A DNA stretch of 64,000 bases from a virus. Its lineage: Duplodnaviria > Caudoviricetes. The position numbers were made by a program, and so were the translations under genes. The notes beneath the pieces were generated by a model. That model worked only from the letters and a program-made list of their open reading frames with translations, was not told the origin of the DNA and ran no database searches. Each line of letters opens with the position of its first letter. Position 1 is the first letter of the stretch. Below are positions 37,004 to 46,282 of the stretch, in pieces. The stretch spans positions 1,182-65,181 of IMG/VR virus record IMGVR_UViG_3300014733_000004; one strand, 5' to 3'.

Positions 37004-37582
37004 ATGAACCTGCAGCACGAGATCGCGCGCGAGATCCGCGCCGAGCGCTACGACCTCACGCCCGAAGGGCTGTACCTGCCCCGCCTGGGCGCCATCGCCG
37101 CGGGCGAATACTTCGGCCGCGTCAACGGCGGGGCCTGGGAGAAGGAGGGCGACAACCTGATCGTGACCGAGGGCTTCGCGCACATGCTCAACGTGGCGTT
37201 CGGCAGCACCGCCAAGCCCGCCGGGTACTACCTGGCCATCTTCTCGGGCAACACGAACCCAGCTGCGAACTGGACCGCCGCGTCTTTCGCCGCCGTCGCC
37301 AGCGAGATCGTCAGCCTGACCGAGGGCCACACCGGCGCCACGCGCCCGGCCTGGACCACCGCGAACACCACCACGGGCAGCATCGACAACATGGCAACCG
37401 TGGCTACGCTGACCATCGCCACGGCCTCGCAGCTGAACGTGACCGGGGCGGCCCTGCTGACCAGCAACCAGCGCGGCGGCACCACGGGCGCCCTGGTATC
37501 GGCATCCCTCTACGCCGCACCGCGCACGTTCCAGAACGGCGACACCTACGACCTCGGCTACCGGCTGAACCTCACCAGCTGA
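37004..37582 (+). CDS. Virion structural protein (192 aa)
   Basis: NLIVTEG...YYLAIFSG; Thr/Ala-rich. Confidence 0.75.
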   Translation: MNLQHEIAREIRAERYDLTPEGLYLPRLGAIAAGEYFGRVNGGAWEKEGDNLIVTEGFAHMLNVAFGSTAKPAGYYLAIFSGNTNPAANWTAASFAAVASEIVSLTEGHTGATRPAWTTANTTTGSIDNMATVATLTIATASQLNVTGAALLTSNQRGGTTGALVSASLYAAPRTFQNGDTYDLGYRLNLTS

Positions 37583-37586
37583 CCCG

Positions 37587-40172
37587 ATGCACCAGCCCCG
37601 CCCACATGGCACCTTCGGGGCTGCTACCGAGGAGGATGCCGCGGCGGCCGAGCTGCTGGCGCGGCGCCTCACCAACCTCAAGCAGCAGTCCGGTCTGAGC
37701 AGCCTGCGCATGGCGCGCACGCTGCCCAGCGGAGCCATTGCCATCGCCCAGGACATGGGCGGGGTGTTCAAGGTCATCATCCAGCCGCGCATCGTGGAGC
37801 AGCCCGCGGAGGCCGGCGCCGACGGCCTCGCCAGCAGCTACATCCCCATGATGTTCTCGGGCGCCATCGACCGCGGCACCGCGCTGCATGGAGAGGGTAT
37901 CCGGGTGCGGCTGACAGCCGAGACGCGCCGGCGGCTGGGCGGCTACGACCCGAAGCGCGCCGCCGCGGTGGCCGACACGCAGGTGCTGCAGCGGTTCGTG
38001 ATCGAGCTGTCGCAGCGCTTCTTCGAGCTGATGCCGATCCCGCCGCCCGAGACGTACACCTTCACCCAGTACGCGAACCTGCGCCCCACCTGGTACAGCG
38101 GGGCGATGGCCGAAGTGGTGCAGATCGTGGGGGGATATGGCCGGCTGGCTCTGAACGAACTGCCGGACACGCCCGTCGAGCGCGCGCGCATGGCGCTACC
38201 GCCCGGTGTCACGCGCGCGATCGAGCAGCAGCTGGGGAACCGGCGGTTGCCGGGCTACACCGGTTTCCCGCCGATCGACGGGCAGATCCGCTACGACTAC
38301 AAGTTCAACGAGACCCACGGTGTGGGCTTCGACACGAAGCAGCGCCCGTGGCTGCTGCGCGTGGGCCCGGCAGGGGTGTACGCCATGCCGCTGCCGCTCA
38401 TCCCGGCCACGACCACGAAGGCCTTCCGCGAGTTCGTGGAGTACCACGGAGACGACGAGCTGAAATGGGTTCTGGATCGCTTCGGCGGCATGCCCTCGGG
38501 GGAGAGCTTCCCGGCGGTCGCGGCGGACTTCCAGGCCTGGCGCCGGGCGGGAGTGATCGTGAAGGTGTGCGACGTGGGCGACTTCTACCAGCACCTGATG
38601 TACGGGTCCGCGATGGGCTGGAGCTTCAACAGCCGGGGCTCCGAGGGGTTCAACACCTGCTACGACTTCGAGCCCGAGCGGCGGCAGTGCTCCAGCCTGG
38701 CCTACAAGCTCAAGCTGCAGCTGGGAGCGGCCGAGGGTGACGGCAAGCTGCCGCCGTCCTTCGAGGTCAACGACCCGGACGACGCACGGGCACTCAACGC
38801 CTACCTGTCCAAGCTCTACGAGGCCCTTCCCGGCGAGCGTGCCCGTTCGCTCGCCATCAGGTACAAGCTGGGACGCACCCCGGTGGCCGAGATCCTAGAG
38901 CGCGCCGTGGCCGCGCTCCGCACCGGCGCGAACGTGCAGGCGGAGGTGGACTACTGGGACAACCTGGAGGCGCCGCCCATCGCTACCCACGCCGGCAGCG
39001 TGTCGCGCGTGGGGGCAGGGCCGATCGACTGGCAACTGCCCGGGTTCAAGTTCCCGGAGCCCTTCCTGCAAGGGTGCATTTCCTTCGAGGGGCCTGCGCG
39101 CCAGCCAGCCGCGTTCGCGGCGCCGCGCGCGGACACGATCCTGGCCGGCTACTACGTCGGCGACTCCCTGAAGGTGGTCAAGTTCTTCAAGGACGATCGA
39201 GGGTGGTTCCAGGAGGGGCGGAACAACTACGAGGAGTGCATGACGATCGGCTCCTGGGAGCAGACCGTGACCACGGGCAGCTCCACGCTCATGGGCAATT
39301 TCTACACCAGCGACTTCGATGACCGCGAGGCGGCGGCCGACACCACCGAGATCACCCGCATCGTGGGCACCGATCTGGGCTACGACCACACGCCGTTCTT
39401 CTCGTTCGATGACTTTTTCTGGCGGCCGGGGACGTTGTGGCGCAACCGGTACATCAAGCATCGGACCAGCACCGAGACCACCCGTGGCTACTCCCGGGCC
39501 GTGGCGGTGTGCCTGCCGTACCTCGACCGAAACGCCGTGCTGCACGTGCGCTCGGACAGCCACAGCGGGAAGACCACCAGCGAGGCAACCAGCCTGTTTT
39601 CCATCGCCGACCCGTGGACCTACCGGTATTGGACCAACGACTTCATCTGGGCGTGGATCGGAGGTGTGGCCGGGCCGCAGGCCAAGGTGCCGGTGTACCC
39701 GAAGGACGGGAATCCGGTGTGGGTGGTGCAGCAGAACTACGCGCCGGGGGTGTGCAGCGATTTCGCTGACCAGGGCCCATGGATTCCAGGGCTGCCGGCG
39801 GACTTCACCTGGCTGATCCACCCCAACAAGGGCGAATGGCGCCACAGCGGCGGCGGCGGGCCGCCTTCGGTCAACGAAGGCTCCACGTCCACCACGCAGC
39901 CGGGCAGGACCGAGGGGCGCATCAACTTTTCCTCTCTGGGCACACCGCTGACGCTGATGGCGCAGCCCGCGTCAACCTACTTCCTCAAGTCCCCGGACCA
40001 GTATGTGGGAGTTTTCTACCGGGACGCCATCAAGGTGGCGGCAGGGGAGTGCGAATACGCCAGCGTCTCCGAGGCCCACCCGTCCCTCCCAGGCGCGCGA
40101 GCGTTCCAGGGCTGGTGCCGCCTGGCGGACCACAAGGCCGCCCACCACTTCATAGGGGTCATCAATGGCTAG
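37587..40172 (+). CDS. Virion-associated protein (861 aa)
   Basis: Long ORF in the structural operon. Confidence 0.7.
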   Translation: MHQPRPHGTFGAATEEDAAAAELLARRLTNLKQQSGLSSLRMARTLPSGAIAIAQDMGGVFKVIIQPRIVEQPAEAGADGLASSYIPMMFSGAIDRGTALHGEGIRVRLTAETRRRLGGYDPKRAAAVADTQVLQRFVIELSQRFFELMPIPPPETYTFTQYANLRPTWYSGAMAEVVQIVGGYGRLALNELPDTPVERARMALPPGVTRAIEQQLGNRRLPGYTGFPPIDGQIRYDYKFNETHGVGFDTKQRPWLLRVGPAGVYAMPLPLIPATTTKAFREFVEYHGDDELKWVLDRFGGMPSGESFPAVAADFQAWRRAGVIVKVCDVGDFYQHLMYGSAMGWSFNSRGSEGFNTCYDFEPERRQCSSLAYKLKLQLGAAEGDGKLPPSFEVNDPDDARALNAYLSKLYEALPGERARSLAIRYKLGRTPVAEILERAVAALRTGANVQAEVDYWDNLEAPPIATHAGSVSRVGAGPIDWQLPGFKFPEPFLQGCISFEGPARQPAAFAAPRADTILAGYYVGDSLKVVKFFKDDRGWFQEGRNNYEECMTIGSWEQTVTTGSSTLMGNFYTSDFDDREAAADTTEITRIVGTDLGYDHTPFFSFDDFFWRPGTLWRNRYIKHRTSTETTRGYSRAVAVCLPYLDRNAVLHVRSDSHSGKTTSEATSLFSIADPWTYRYWTNDFIWAWIGGVAGPQAKVPVYPKDGNPVWVVQQNYAPGVCSDFADQGPWIPGLPADFTWLIHPNKGEWRHSGGGGPPSVNEGSTSTTQPGRTEGRINFSSLGTPLTLMAQPASTYFLKSPDQYVGVFYRDAIKVAAGECEYASVSEAHPSLPGARAFQGWCRLADHKAAHHFIGVING

Positions 40173-41331
40173 CTACCGCGACGACACGAACGAAATTGCC
40201 GTCGCTCGGGATTCCACCTGGGCGGGCATCAGGACCATCGCCGAGAGCACGGCCCGCATGCGCGACGTGGTGCTGCTGGGGCTGGGGCTCATGACGATCG
40301 AGACGGCCATCGGCTCCGATTCGGTGCACGACCGGCTACACACGCTGCTGATCGAGCGCGGACGGGGCTCGGACCAGCTCATGGTCGCCGCCTCGGCGCG
40401 CACGCTGGTGGTGGAGCGCGCGCGCGGTGCGGACGCCATCATCGGCCGGACTCGCACGCTGATCGTGGAGGAGGCGGTGGGCTTCGACGCCCTCACGAGC
40501 GGCGCCACGCAGGTGGTGGCCGAGCGCGGCCGCGGGTCCGAGACGGTCATCGGGCATCGCACCCACCGCCAGAGCGTGACCGAGGCCGGCAAGGGGCGCG
40601 ACGTGCTGATCGCCCTCCAGCGGCAGCTGGTGGTGGAAGCCGGCCGCGGCTCCGACATGGTTCTGGGGCGAGCGCACGCGCGCGTGCTGGTGTCCGAGGC
40701 GGCCACTGCGGCCGACGCCGTGATCGACACCGCCGTGTCGCGGCCGGTGGTGCTGATCGAGAGCGCGCGCGGCGCCGCGGCGGTGGTGGATCTCCTGCAT
40801 GCCCGCGAGCTGGTGCAAGACCTCCCGGCCGTGGCTCAGGACGAACTGGTCACGCTGGGAGCGCTGATCGGCCAAGCCTGGACGGCGCACGCCGACAGCT
40901 GGGCCATGTCGCGCTACGACCCGTTCGGCTTCACCGGCCTGGCAGTGATCGACGGCGCGGTGTACGCCACCGGCCCGGACGGCGTGTACGCCCTCGATGG
41001 CGCCACAGAGCAGATCGCCGCGCAGCTGCGCACGGGGCAGGTGGACATGACGGGCGGGAGCCTGGCCAACCTGGTGGAGTCGCATATCGAATACGAGCTG
41101 GCCGGGAAGGCCGTCATGGATGTGACCCTCACCCAGAGCGGCCGCGCTGCCAAGACCTACAGCTACCCGCTCAAGGCCCGGCCCGCCGCCGCGGCGCTGA
41201 CCAATGCCCGCTTCGAGTTCGGTCGGGGGCTCGCGGGCCGCCACTTCGCCTACACGCTGCGCCTCACCGGCCAGCATGCCTACATCAACGATTGGAACGT
41301 GCTGGCCGCGCCCAGCAAAAGGAGTGTCTGA
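40165..41331 (+). CDS. Virion-associated protein (388 aa) with internal ~20-aa repeats
   Basis: Repeated xVxExGRGxD units. Confidence 0.7.
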   Translation: MASYRDDTNEIAVARDSTWAGIRTIAESTARMRDVVLLGLGLMTIETAIGSDSVHDRLHTLLIERGRGSDQLMVAASARTLVVERARGADAIIGRTRTLIVEEAVGFDALTSGATQVVAERGRGSETVIGHRTHRQSVTEAGKGRDVLIALQRQLVVEAGRGSDMVLGRAHARVLVSEAATAADAVIDTAVSRPVVLIESARGAAAVVDLLHARELVQDLPAVAQDELVTLGALIGQAWTAHADSWAMSRYDPFGFTGLAVIDGAVYATGPDGVYALDGATEQIAAQLRTGQVDMTGGSLANLVESHIEYELAGKAVMDVTLTQSGRAAKTYSYPLKARPAAAALTNARFEFGRGLAGRHFAYTLRLTGQHAYINDWNVLAAPSKRSV

Positions 41332-43229
41332 TGGCTTACGCAATGGAGACGGCGGTCAACGTCGTCACGCAGAAGATGGCGCAGCTCGATGCGACCGCCA
41401 ACCAGTACAACTCCATGCTGCAGGGCTCGCTCGCAGCCATGGGGAACGTCAAGATGGCCGACGTGGCGCAGCCGCAGATCATGCAGGCGCCCGCCGTGCC
41501 CACGCCTACGATCAACGTGGGGGAGGAGCCCGCGTTTTCGCCCACGCCACTGGTGCTGCCACCCGAGCCCACGGCGCCGAACATCGACGGCCTTCTGGCG
41601 AACCTGGACATCGGGGACATGGACAGCATGCCCGCGGCGCCGATCATGCCCGCGCTGGAGCTGCCGGCCGCGCCCGGCATGGCCGCAGTGCCGGTGCCGG
41701 TGCGCCCGGCGATCGACACTAGCGTGGACCTGCCGGCGCCGCCGGACATCGCGCTGCCGACCATGGAGGAGCTGGAGCGCATCACGATCCCGGCCTTCGA
41801 GTTCCCCCAGCTGGCGGACTTCGACGCGCAGCCCCCCAGCGCGGCCGGCATCACGGTGCCGAACGTGTTCATCAACTGGAGCGAGCCCCGCTACGACTCG
41901 CAGCTGCTGGACGAGCTGCAGGCCCAGGTGCGCAGCATGATGGCGGGCGGTACCGGGTTGCCGGCCGCCGTGGAGGACGCGCTGTTCGCGCGTGCACGGG
42001 AGCGCGACAGCGCCGAGACCGCGCGCGCGGTGCAGGAGGCCGTCGATACCTGGGCGAGCCGGGGCTTTTCGATGCCGCCCGGCATGCTGGCCAAGCAGGC
42101 CAACGTGATCCGCGAGCAGGGGCGCCTCAAGGCGGCCGAGCTGAACCGCGACATCCTGACCCAGGCCGCGACGTGGGAGATCGAGAACCTGCGCTTCGCC
42201 GTCGGCCAGGGCATGGCGCTCGAGCAGCTGACGGTGAACCTCTACACCAACGCCACCCAGCGCATGTTTGAGGCGGCGCGGTTCCAGGCCGAATCGCAGA
42301 TCAACGTCTTCAACGCGCAGATCGGCCTGTTCAACGCCCAGAACTCCGCGTTCCAGACGCTGGCGCAGGTCTATCGCACCCGCCTGGACGGCGCCCTGGC
42401 CAAGCTGCAGGCGTACAAGGCCGCCATCGACGCCCAGGTGGCCATAGGGCAGATCAACACCCAGCGGGTGGAGGTCTACAAGGCGAAGTTGTCCGCTGTG
42501 CAGGCTTCGGTGGAGGTGTTCACAGCGATGATGCGTGGCGCCCAGGTGAAGGCCGACGTGATCAAGAACCAGTTCGACGCCTACCGTGCGGACGTGCAGG
42601 CCTACGCCGAGCAGATCGGGGCCGAGAAGGTGAAGTTCGACGCCTACAAGGCCCAGGTGGATGGGGAGGTGGCCAAGGCCGGCGTGTTCGATACCCAGGC
42701 CAAGGCCTACGCCTCGACCATCCAGGCGATCGCCAGCAAGGCGGACATCAAGGCCAAGGGCGCACAGATCCGCATGGAGGCAGCGCGCGTGCACGTGCAG
42801 AAGTACGTCGCCGACCAAGACGCCTACAAGGCGAACCTGCAGGCGAACCTCAACGCAGTGCAGTACGCCACCCAGGTGTTCCAGGCCCGTGTGGACGGTT
42901 GGCGCGCGGCCTCACAGGCCAGCATCTCCGAATCGGAGGTGCACGCCCGTTTCGCGGACATGAACAGCCGGACCAACATCGCGTTCTCGGAAATGCAGAT
43001 CAGCCAGTACCAGGCCAATATCCAGAAGGCGGGCCAGCAGGCCAACATCGCCCTGGAGGCGGCCAAGGCCATGGGGCAATACGCCGCGCAGCTCGCGGCC
43101 GGCGCCATGTCCGCGCTGCACGTGTCGGCCAGCGTCGGCGGTACCGGAAACCAGACCGAAACTTGGTCCACCACCAACTCGACGGGCACCAATACGAACC
43201 ACAACTACAGCTATGGCGTCGGGGGATAA
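41331..43229 (+). CDS. Ala/Gln-rich coiled virion protein (ejection/internal protein candidate)
   Basis: Pro-rich N-terminal third and long A/Q-rich helical region; TGATG overlap. Confidence 0.65.
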   Translation: MAYAMETAVNVVTQKMAQLDATANQYNSMLQGSLAAMGNVKMADVAQPQIMQAPAVPTPTINVGEEPAFSPTPLVLPPEPTAPNIDGLLANLDIGDMDSMPAAPIMPALELPAAPGMAAVPVPVRPAIDTSVDLPAPPDIALPTMEELERITIPAFEFPQLADFDAQPPSAAGITVPNVFINWSEPRYDSQLLDELQAQVRSMMAGGTGLPAAVEDALFARARERDSAETARAVQEAVDTWASRGFSMPPGMLAKQANVIREQGRLKAAELNRDILTQAATWEIENLRFAVGQGMALEQLTVNLYTNATQRMFEAARFQAESQINVFNAQIGLFNAQNSAFQTLAQVYRTRLDGALAKLQAYKAAIDAQVAIGQINTQRVEVYKAKLSAVQASVEVFTAMMRGAQVKADVIKNQFDAYRADVQAYAEQIGAEKVKFDAYKAQVDGEVAKAGVFDTQAKAYASTIQAIASKADIKAKGAQIRMEAARVHVQKYVADQDAYKANLQANLNAVQYATQVFQARVDGWRAASQASISESEVHARFADMNSRTNIAFSEMQISQYQANIQKAGQQANIALEAAKAMGQYAAQLAAGAMSALHVSASVGGTGNQTETWSTTNSTGTNTNHNYSYGVGG

Positions 43230-43230
43230 T

Positions 43231-43803
43231 TCAAGGGCACTGCACCATCCCTCCTGTCTGGATGCAGGTACTACCGCTTGGGCCTGTCATCGTTGTTCCA
43301 TTGCCGTGCTGCTGGTAGACGCCGCCAAGGTTGTCGTGGCAAACCCCGCCACCGCAATGAGTAATCACGGACGGTGCCGGCGGCGGGGTGGGCATCGCGG
43401 TGTTTTTTCGCCGGGGTGGGAGTGACGATGCTGGGCCCGTCAACGTGCTGCGAACGCCCGCATTGCGTTCCGCCAGCCGCTCCGCATACCCCTTGTGAGG
43501 GGGCGCTTTTGGCTGGGCCGCCGCTGCCGTCGCGCGGCGCTCCGCCTCGACGCGCTCCCTTTCTTCCTCGCGCGCCCTGCGCTCTTCCTTGGTCATCTGT
43601 GCTTCGTGTGCCTGCTCACGCTCCTGCATCTTCTCCTCGAAGGTGCGCCTGCGCTCCAGCTGCTGACCAGTCTGGCTGGTGCTGCAAGGAGCGTCCGAGT
43701 AGATCGTCTTACCTGCCGCGTCCTGGCATTTGAATACCTGGGCTGATGCTGCACACGCAGCAAAAAGCACCGCCAGCGCGGCGGTCGTTCGAAGACTGGA
43801 CAT
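43231..43803 (-). CDS. DUF4124-like exported protein
   Basis: Signal peptide, then QVFKCQDAAGKTIYSDAPC. Confidence 0.8.
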   Translation of the reverse strand: MSSLRTTAALAVLFAACAASAQVFKCQDAAGKTIYSDAPCSTSQTGQQLERRRTFEEKMQEREQAHEAQMTKEERRAREEERERVEAERRATAAAAQPKAPPHKGYAERLAERNAGVRSTLTGPASSLPPRRKNTAMPTPPPAPSVITHCGGGVCHDNLGGVYQQHGNGTTMTGPSGSTCIQTGGMVQCP

Positions 43804-43849
43804 GTAGGGCTCCCTCCTGGCCGGAATGTAGCACCAGGGTGGCAATGCG

Positions 43850-44086
43850 TCAGAACGGGGCGCGCGAGACGGCCACGGCCACCGGTCCGAGCCCGGAGTA
43901 GATGAGCTTGTCCGTTGCCCGCTCCCGGACCTCAAACCACTCCGGGTGCCGCTCCTTGATCACGTAGCCGTCGACCGGCAGCGGCAGCAGCACCTGCTCC
44001 GGCACGCCGAACCAGGCGGGTAAGTGGAGCAGGGTGGGGTGGTCATTCGGGGGGTTGCCAAGCCAGCGGGTCGATGAAGTCATCAT
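43850..44086 (-). CDS. Hypothetical protein (78 aa)
   Basis: Overlaps the upstream SOS-boxed gene; protein-like composition. Confidence 0.6.
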   Translation of the reverse strand: MMTSSTRWLGNPPNDHPTLLHLPAWFGVPEQVLLPLPVDGYVIKERHPEWFEVRERATDKLIYSGLGPVAVAVSRAPF

Positions 44087-44471
44087 GGTCGTCCTCGAAG
44101 GGGTCGTAGGGTCGGGCGGCCGCGGCGGCGACCATGCGCTGGATGAAGGGCCGCGCGTCGGCGGGGTCGAGTGCGCACATCCATGACTGCCGCTGCCACA
44201 GAGGCGACGACTTCTTCGTCTGCCGGCCGCCGTCCTCGCGCCCCACCAGATGCATCACCCCCTCGACGTGGCGCAGGCGCGCCCAGTGGAGGGAGCGCAG
44301 CAGGGGCTTGCCACCGGCGGCCTCGAGCAGGTGGGCCTCCCACCTGGGCCCGTAGTCGTCCAGCGGCGCCTGCTTGTACTGGAGCCAGCCGCGCACGGGC
44401 TGCCGCTCAAGCAACTCCCGGGCGGGGGTCCGCTTGCCACTGCTGCGAAGGACGTAGATATGGATGAACAC
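44043..44471 (-). CDS. Hypothetical protein (142 aa) whose start overlaps a LexA box
   Basis: GTG start at 44471 abuts the SOS box. Confidence 0.7.
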   Translation of the reverse strand: MFIHIYVLRSSGKRTPARELLERQPVRGWLQYKQAPLDDYGPRWEAHLLEAAGGKPLLRSLHWARLRHVEGVMHLVGREDGGRQTKKSSPLWQRQSWMCALDPADARPFIQRMVAAAAARPYDPFEDDHDDFIDPLAWQPPE

Positions 44472-44486
44472 TGTTTAAATATACAG
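44471..44486. promoter_or_regulatory. LexA (SOS) box
   Basis: CTGT-TTAAATAT-ACAG, a full CTGT-N8-ACAG match in an AT-rich island. Confidence 0.85.
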
Positions 44487-44654
44487 TTCTTGTTCGGCCT
44501 CGGGAACTGCTCGGCCGCCTCGCGGTTCTGCCGGGCACCCAGGGAAATTGGGGCTTGCCATTGGCCCGCCGTGTCCCCGTGCTGCAAAAGTTGGAGCATG
44601 GAAAGTGCGCGCGATCCGACAGACGGCGCCCGGCCCGAGGCGCATGCTGTGCGC

Positions 44655-45329
44655 ATGTGCAATCGCTACAAGCCGCCACCAAACGTCAGGGACATCGAGC
44701 TCACCTGGGAGATCTCCCGAAAGCACCCTGGCGACGGGCGCTGGTGGGACGAAGTGCTGCACCCGCGCGGGCAGGGCCCTGTGATCCGCCGAGCGCGGAA
44801 TGACGCGGGGTACTCGCGCGAGCTGGTGGTAGGGCAGTGGGGGCTGATCCCCTGGTTCGCCAAGGAGCCGAAGCTCAAGTACCCGACCAACAACGCCAGG
44901 TCGGAGGAGTTGGCGCAGAAGGCCAGCTACAAGGAGCCATGGGCGCGCGGCCAGCGCTGCATCATTCCGGCCGCCGACTTCGACGAGCCGAACTGGGAGA
45001 CGGGGAAGAACATCTGGTGGCGTTTCCGCCGTGCGGACGGGAAGCCGTGGGGCTTGGCAGGGTTGTGGAACACCTGGACGGACCGCGACACAGGCGAGGC
45101 GCACGAGAGCTACACCATGCTCACCATCAACGCCGACCACGATCCGCTCATGAGCCGGATGCACCGCCCAGATCCGAAGCGGCCGGCAGCCCGTCAGGAC
45201 AAGCGCAGCGTGATCCCGATCGAGTTGGAAGACGTGGACACCTGGCTGGCTGGCACCGTAGCGGAGGCGTCCAAGCTGCTGCGGCTAGCGCCTGTGGAGG
45301 TGTACGACGCTGGGCCAGTGGAGGCGTAG
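44655..45329 (+). CDS. SOS response-associated peptidase (SRAP/YedK/HMCES family)
   Basis: N-terminal MCNRY (catalytic Cys2), WGLIPWF, NARSE, RCIIPA, LAGLW, HxRxP-like motifs. Confidence 0.93.
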   Translation: MCNRYKPPPNVRDIELTWEISRKHPGDGRWWDEVLHPRGQGPVIRRARNDAGYSRELVVGQWGLIPWFAKEPKLKYPTNNARSEELAQKASYKEPWARGQRCIIPAADFDEPNWETGKNIWWRFRRADGKPWGLAGLWNTWTDRDTGEAHESYTMLTINADHDPLMSRMHRPDPKRPAARQDKRSVIPIELEDVDTWLAGTVAEASKLLRLAPVEVYDAGPVEA

Positions 45330-45356
45330 AAAAGCCCGCTCGAGGCGGGCTGTTTC
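45330..45356. terminator. Probably bidirectional terminator
   Basis: AAAAGCCCGC-TCGAG-GCGGGCTGTTT between convergent genes. Confidence 0.75.
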
Positions 45357-45388
45357 ACCCTGGCGTTACCAGGGGCGCTGAGTCAGGC

Positions 45389-45502
45389 TCAGGAGGGATA
45401 CCGGCGGTAGTGCTGGCAGACCTGTTCCCACTTTTCAAAGCGGTAGCGTTCGTACTGACGTACGTACACGAGGGCGTCGAGATGCTCACTAGAAGTCATC
45501 AT
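45389..45502 (-). CDS. Small basic/aromatic peptide, 37 aa (absent from the ORF track)
   Basis: GAAGGAGACAG-ATG; MMTSSEHLDALVYVRQYERYRFEKWEQVCQHYRRYPS. Confidence 0.7.
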   Translation of the reverse strand: MMTSSEHLDALVYVRQYERYRFEKWEQVCQHYRRYPS

Positions 45503-45586
45503 CTGTCTCCTTCATAGGGTATGAGCCCCATGAGGTTTCGAATAGAAATCCTTGCTCACTCGCGCACGCAGGCGTACACTCCACTC

Positions 45587-45663
45587 CGTCTCAGCAAAGA
45601 CCGGTGATCGTGAGTTTAGGACTTCGATTACCCGAGAACGCCACCCTGCCAGGTGGCGTTTTT
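45587..45663 (+). ncRNA. Candidate ~80-nt small RNA with two hairpins
   Basis: Promoter TTGCTC(45552)-17bp-TACACT(45575); 12-bp hairpin 45603-45632; terminator AACGCCACC-CTGCCA-GGTGGCGTT-TTT; no ORF with SD. Confidence 0.6.
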
Positions 45664-46219
45664 CGTTGGGCGCCTCGGGAACCGCCCAGATGGGGAACTT
45701 TTAGGTAAGTATCTCCTGTTTCTCTCAGATTGCACGCCACCGTCGAAGGTACTGGGTGCTTGATTATATGGCCTGCCCGGAATTCACGCCTCGTCGAGAA
45801 AGGCGCTCGGATTCGTTTTGGCGAGCGGATTCTAGCGCAAATTCGGAGGAATATCGCGCCCGGTCAATCCTGTTGAAACAACCTGGCCAACAGGCGCCGT
45901 TTTCCTGGCACAAATCAGCGTTCTCTAGCCGCTGACACAGTATCGCTGCCCTTATCGGGAATACCATTTATTCGAAGTATCCCTCGTGCAGGTAATGCAA
46001 GTTGGCTTCGAAGTTGGCCTCGTTGGGTTCGCAAAGGTTGGAGAACTCATTCTCTTGGAACTGTCTATGAAAAGGAGTGCGATGGGTTGACAGTAATCTG
46101 CGTCCGACCGCTGCTCAACTTCCTCTAACGAGATCAGCCGTCCGACCGTGAGACTTGGGCTGTTCTCCTGCCAGTGCCTCCAGCTCGCCCACCGCTGGTG
46201 GCTCACGCGCGAGCCACCC

Positions 46220-46257
46220 GTATAGGGTTAGACAGTCCCGCCCCAGCGTGGAACATT
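46220..46257 (+). promoter_or_regulatory. Late promoter motif copy
   Basis: GTATAGGGTTAGACA...GGAACATT, same spacing; restarts rightward transcription after the accessory cassette. Confidence 0.75.
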
Positions 46258-46282
46258 GGCGCAATTGAACACAGGAGGCTCT

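Noticed and set aside
45512-45549. Additional CATAGGGT match to the late-promoter motif
   Set aside because: No matching -10-like hexamer at the conserved spacing and no late gene follows.
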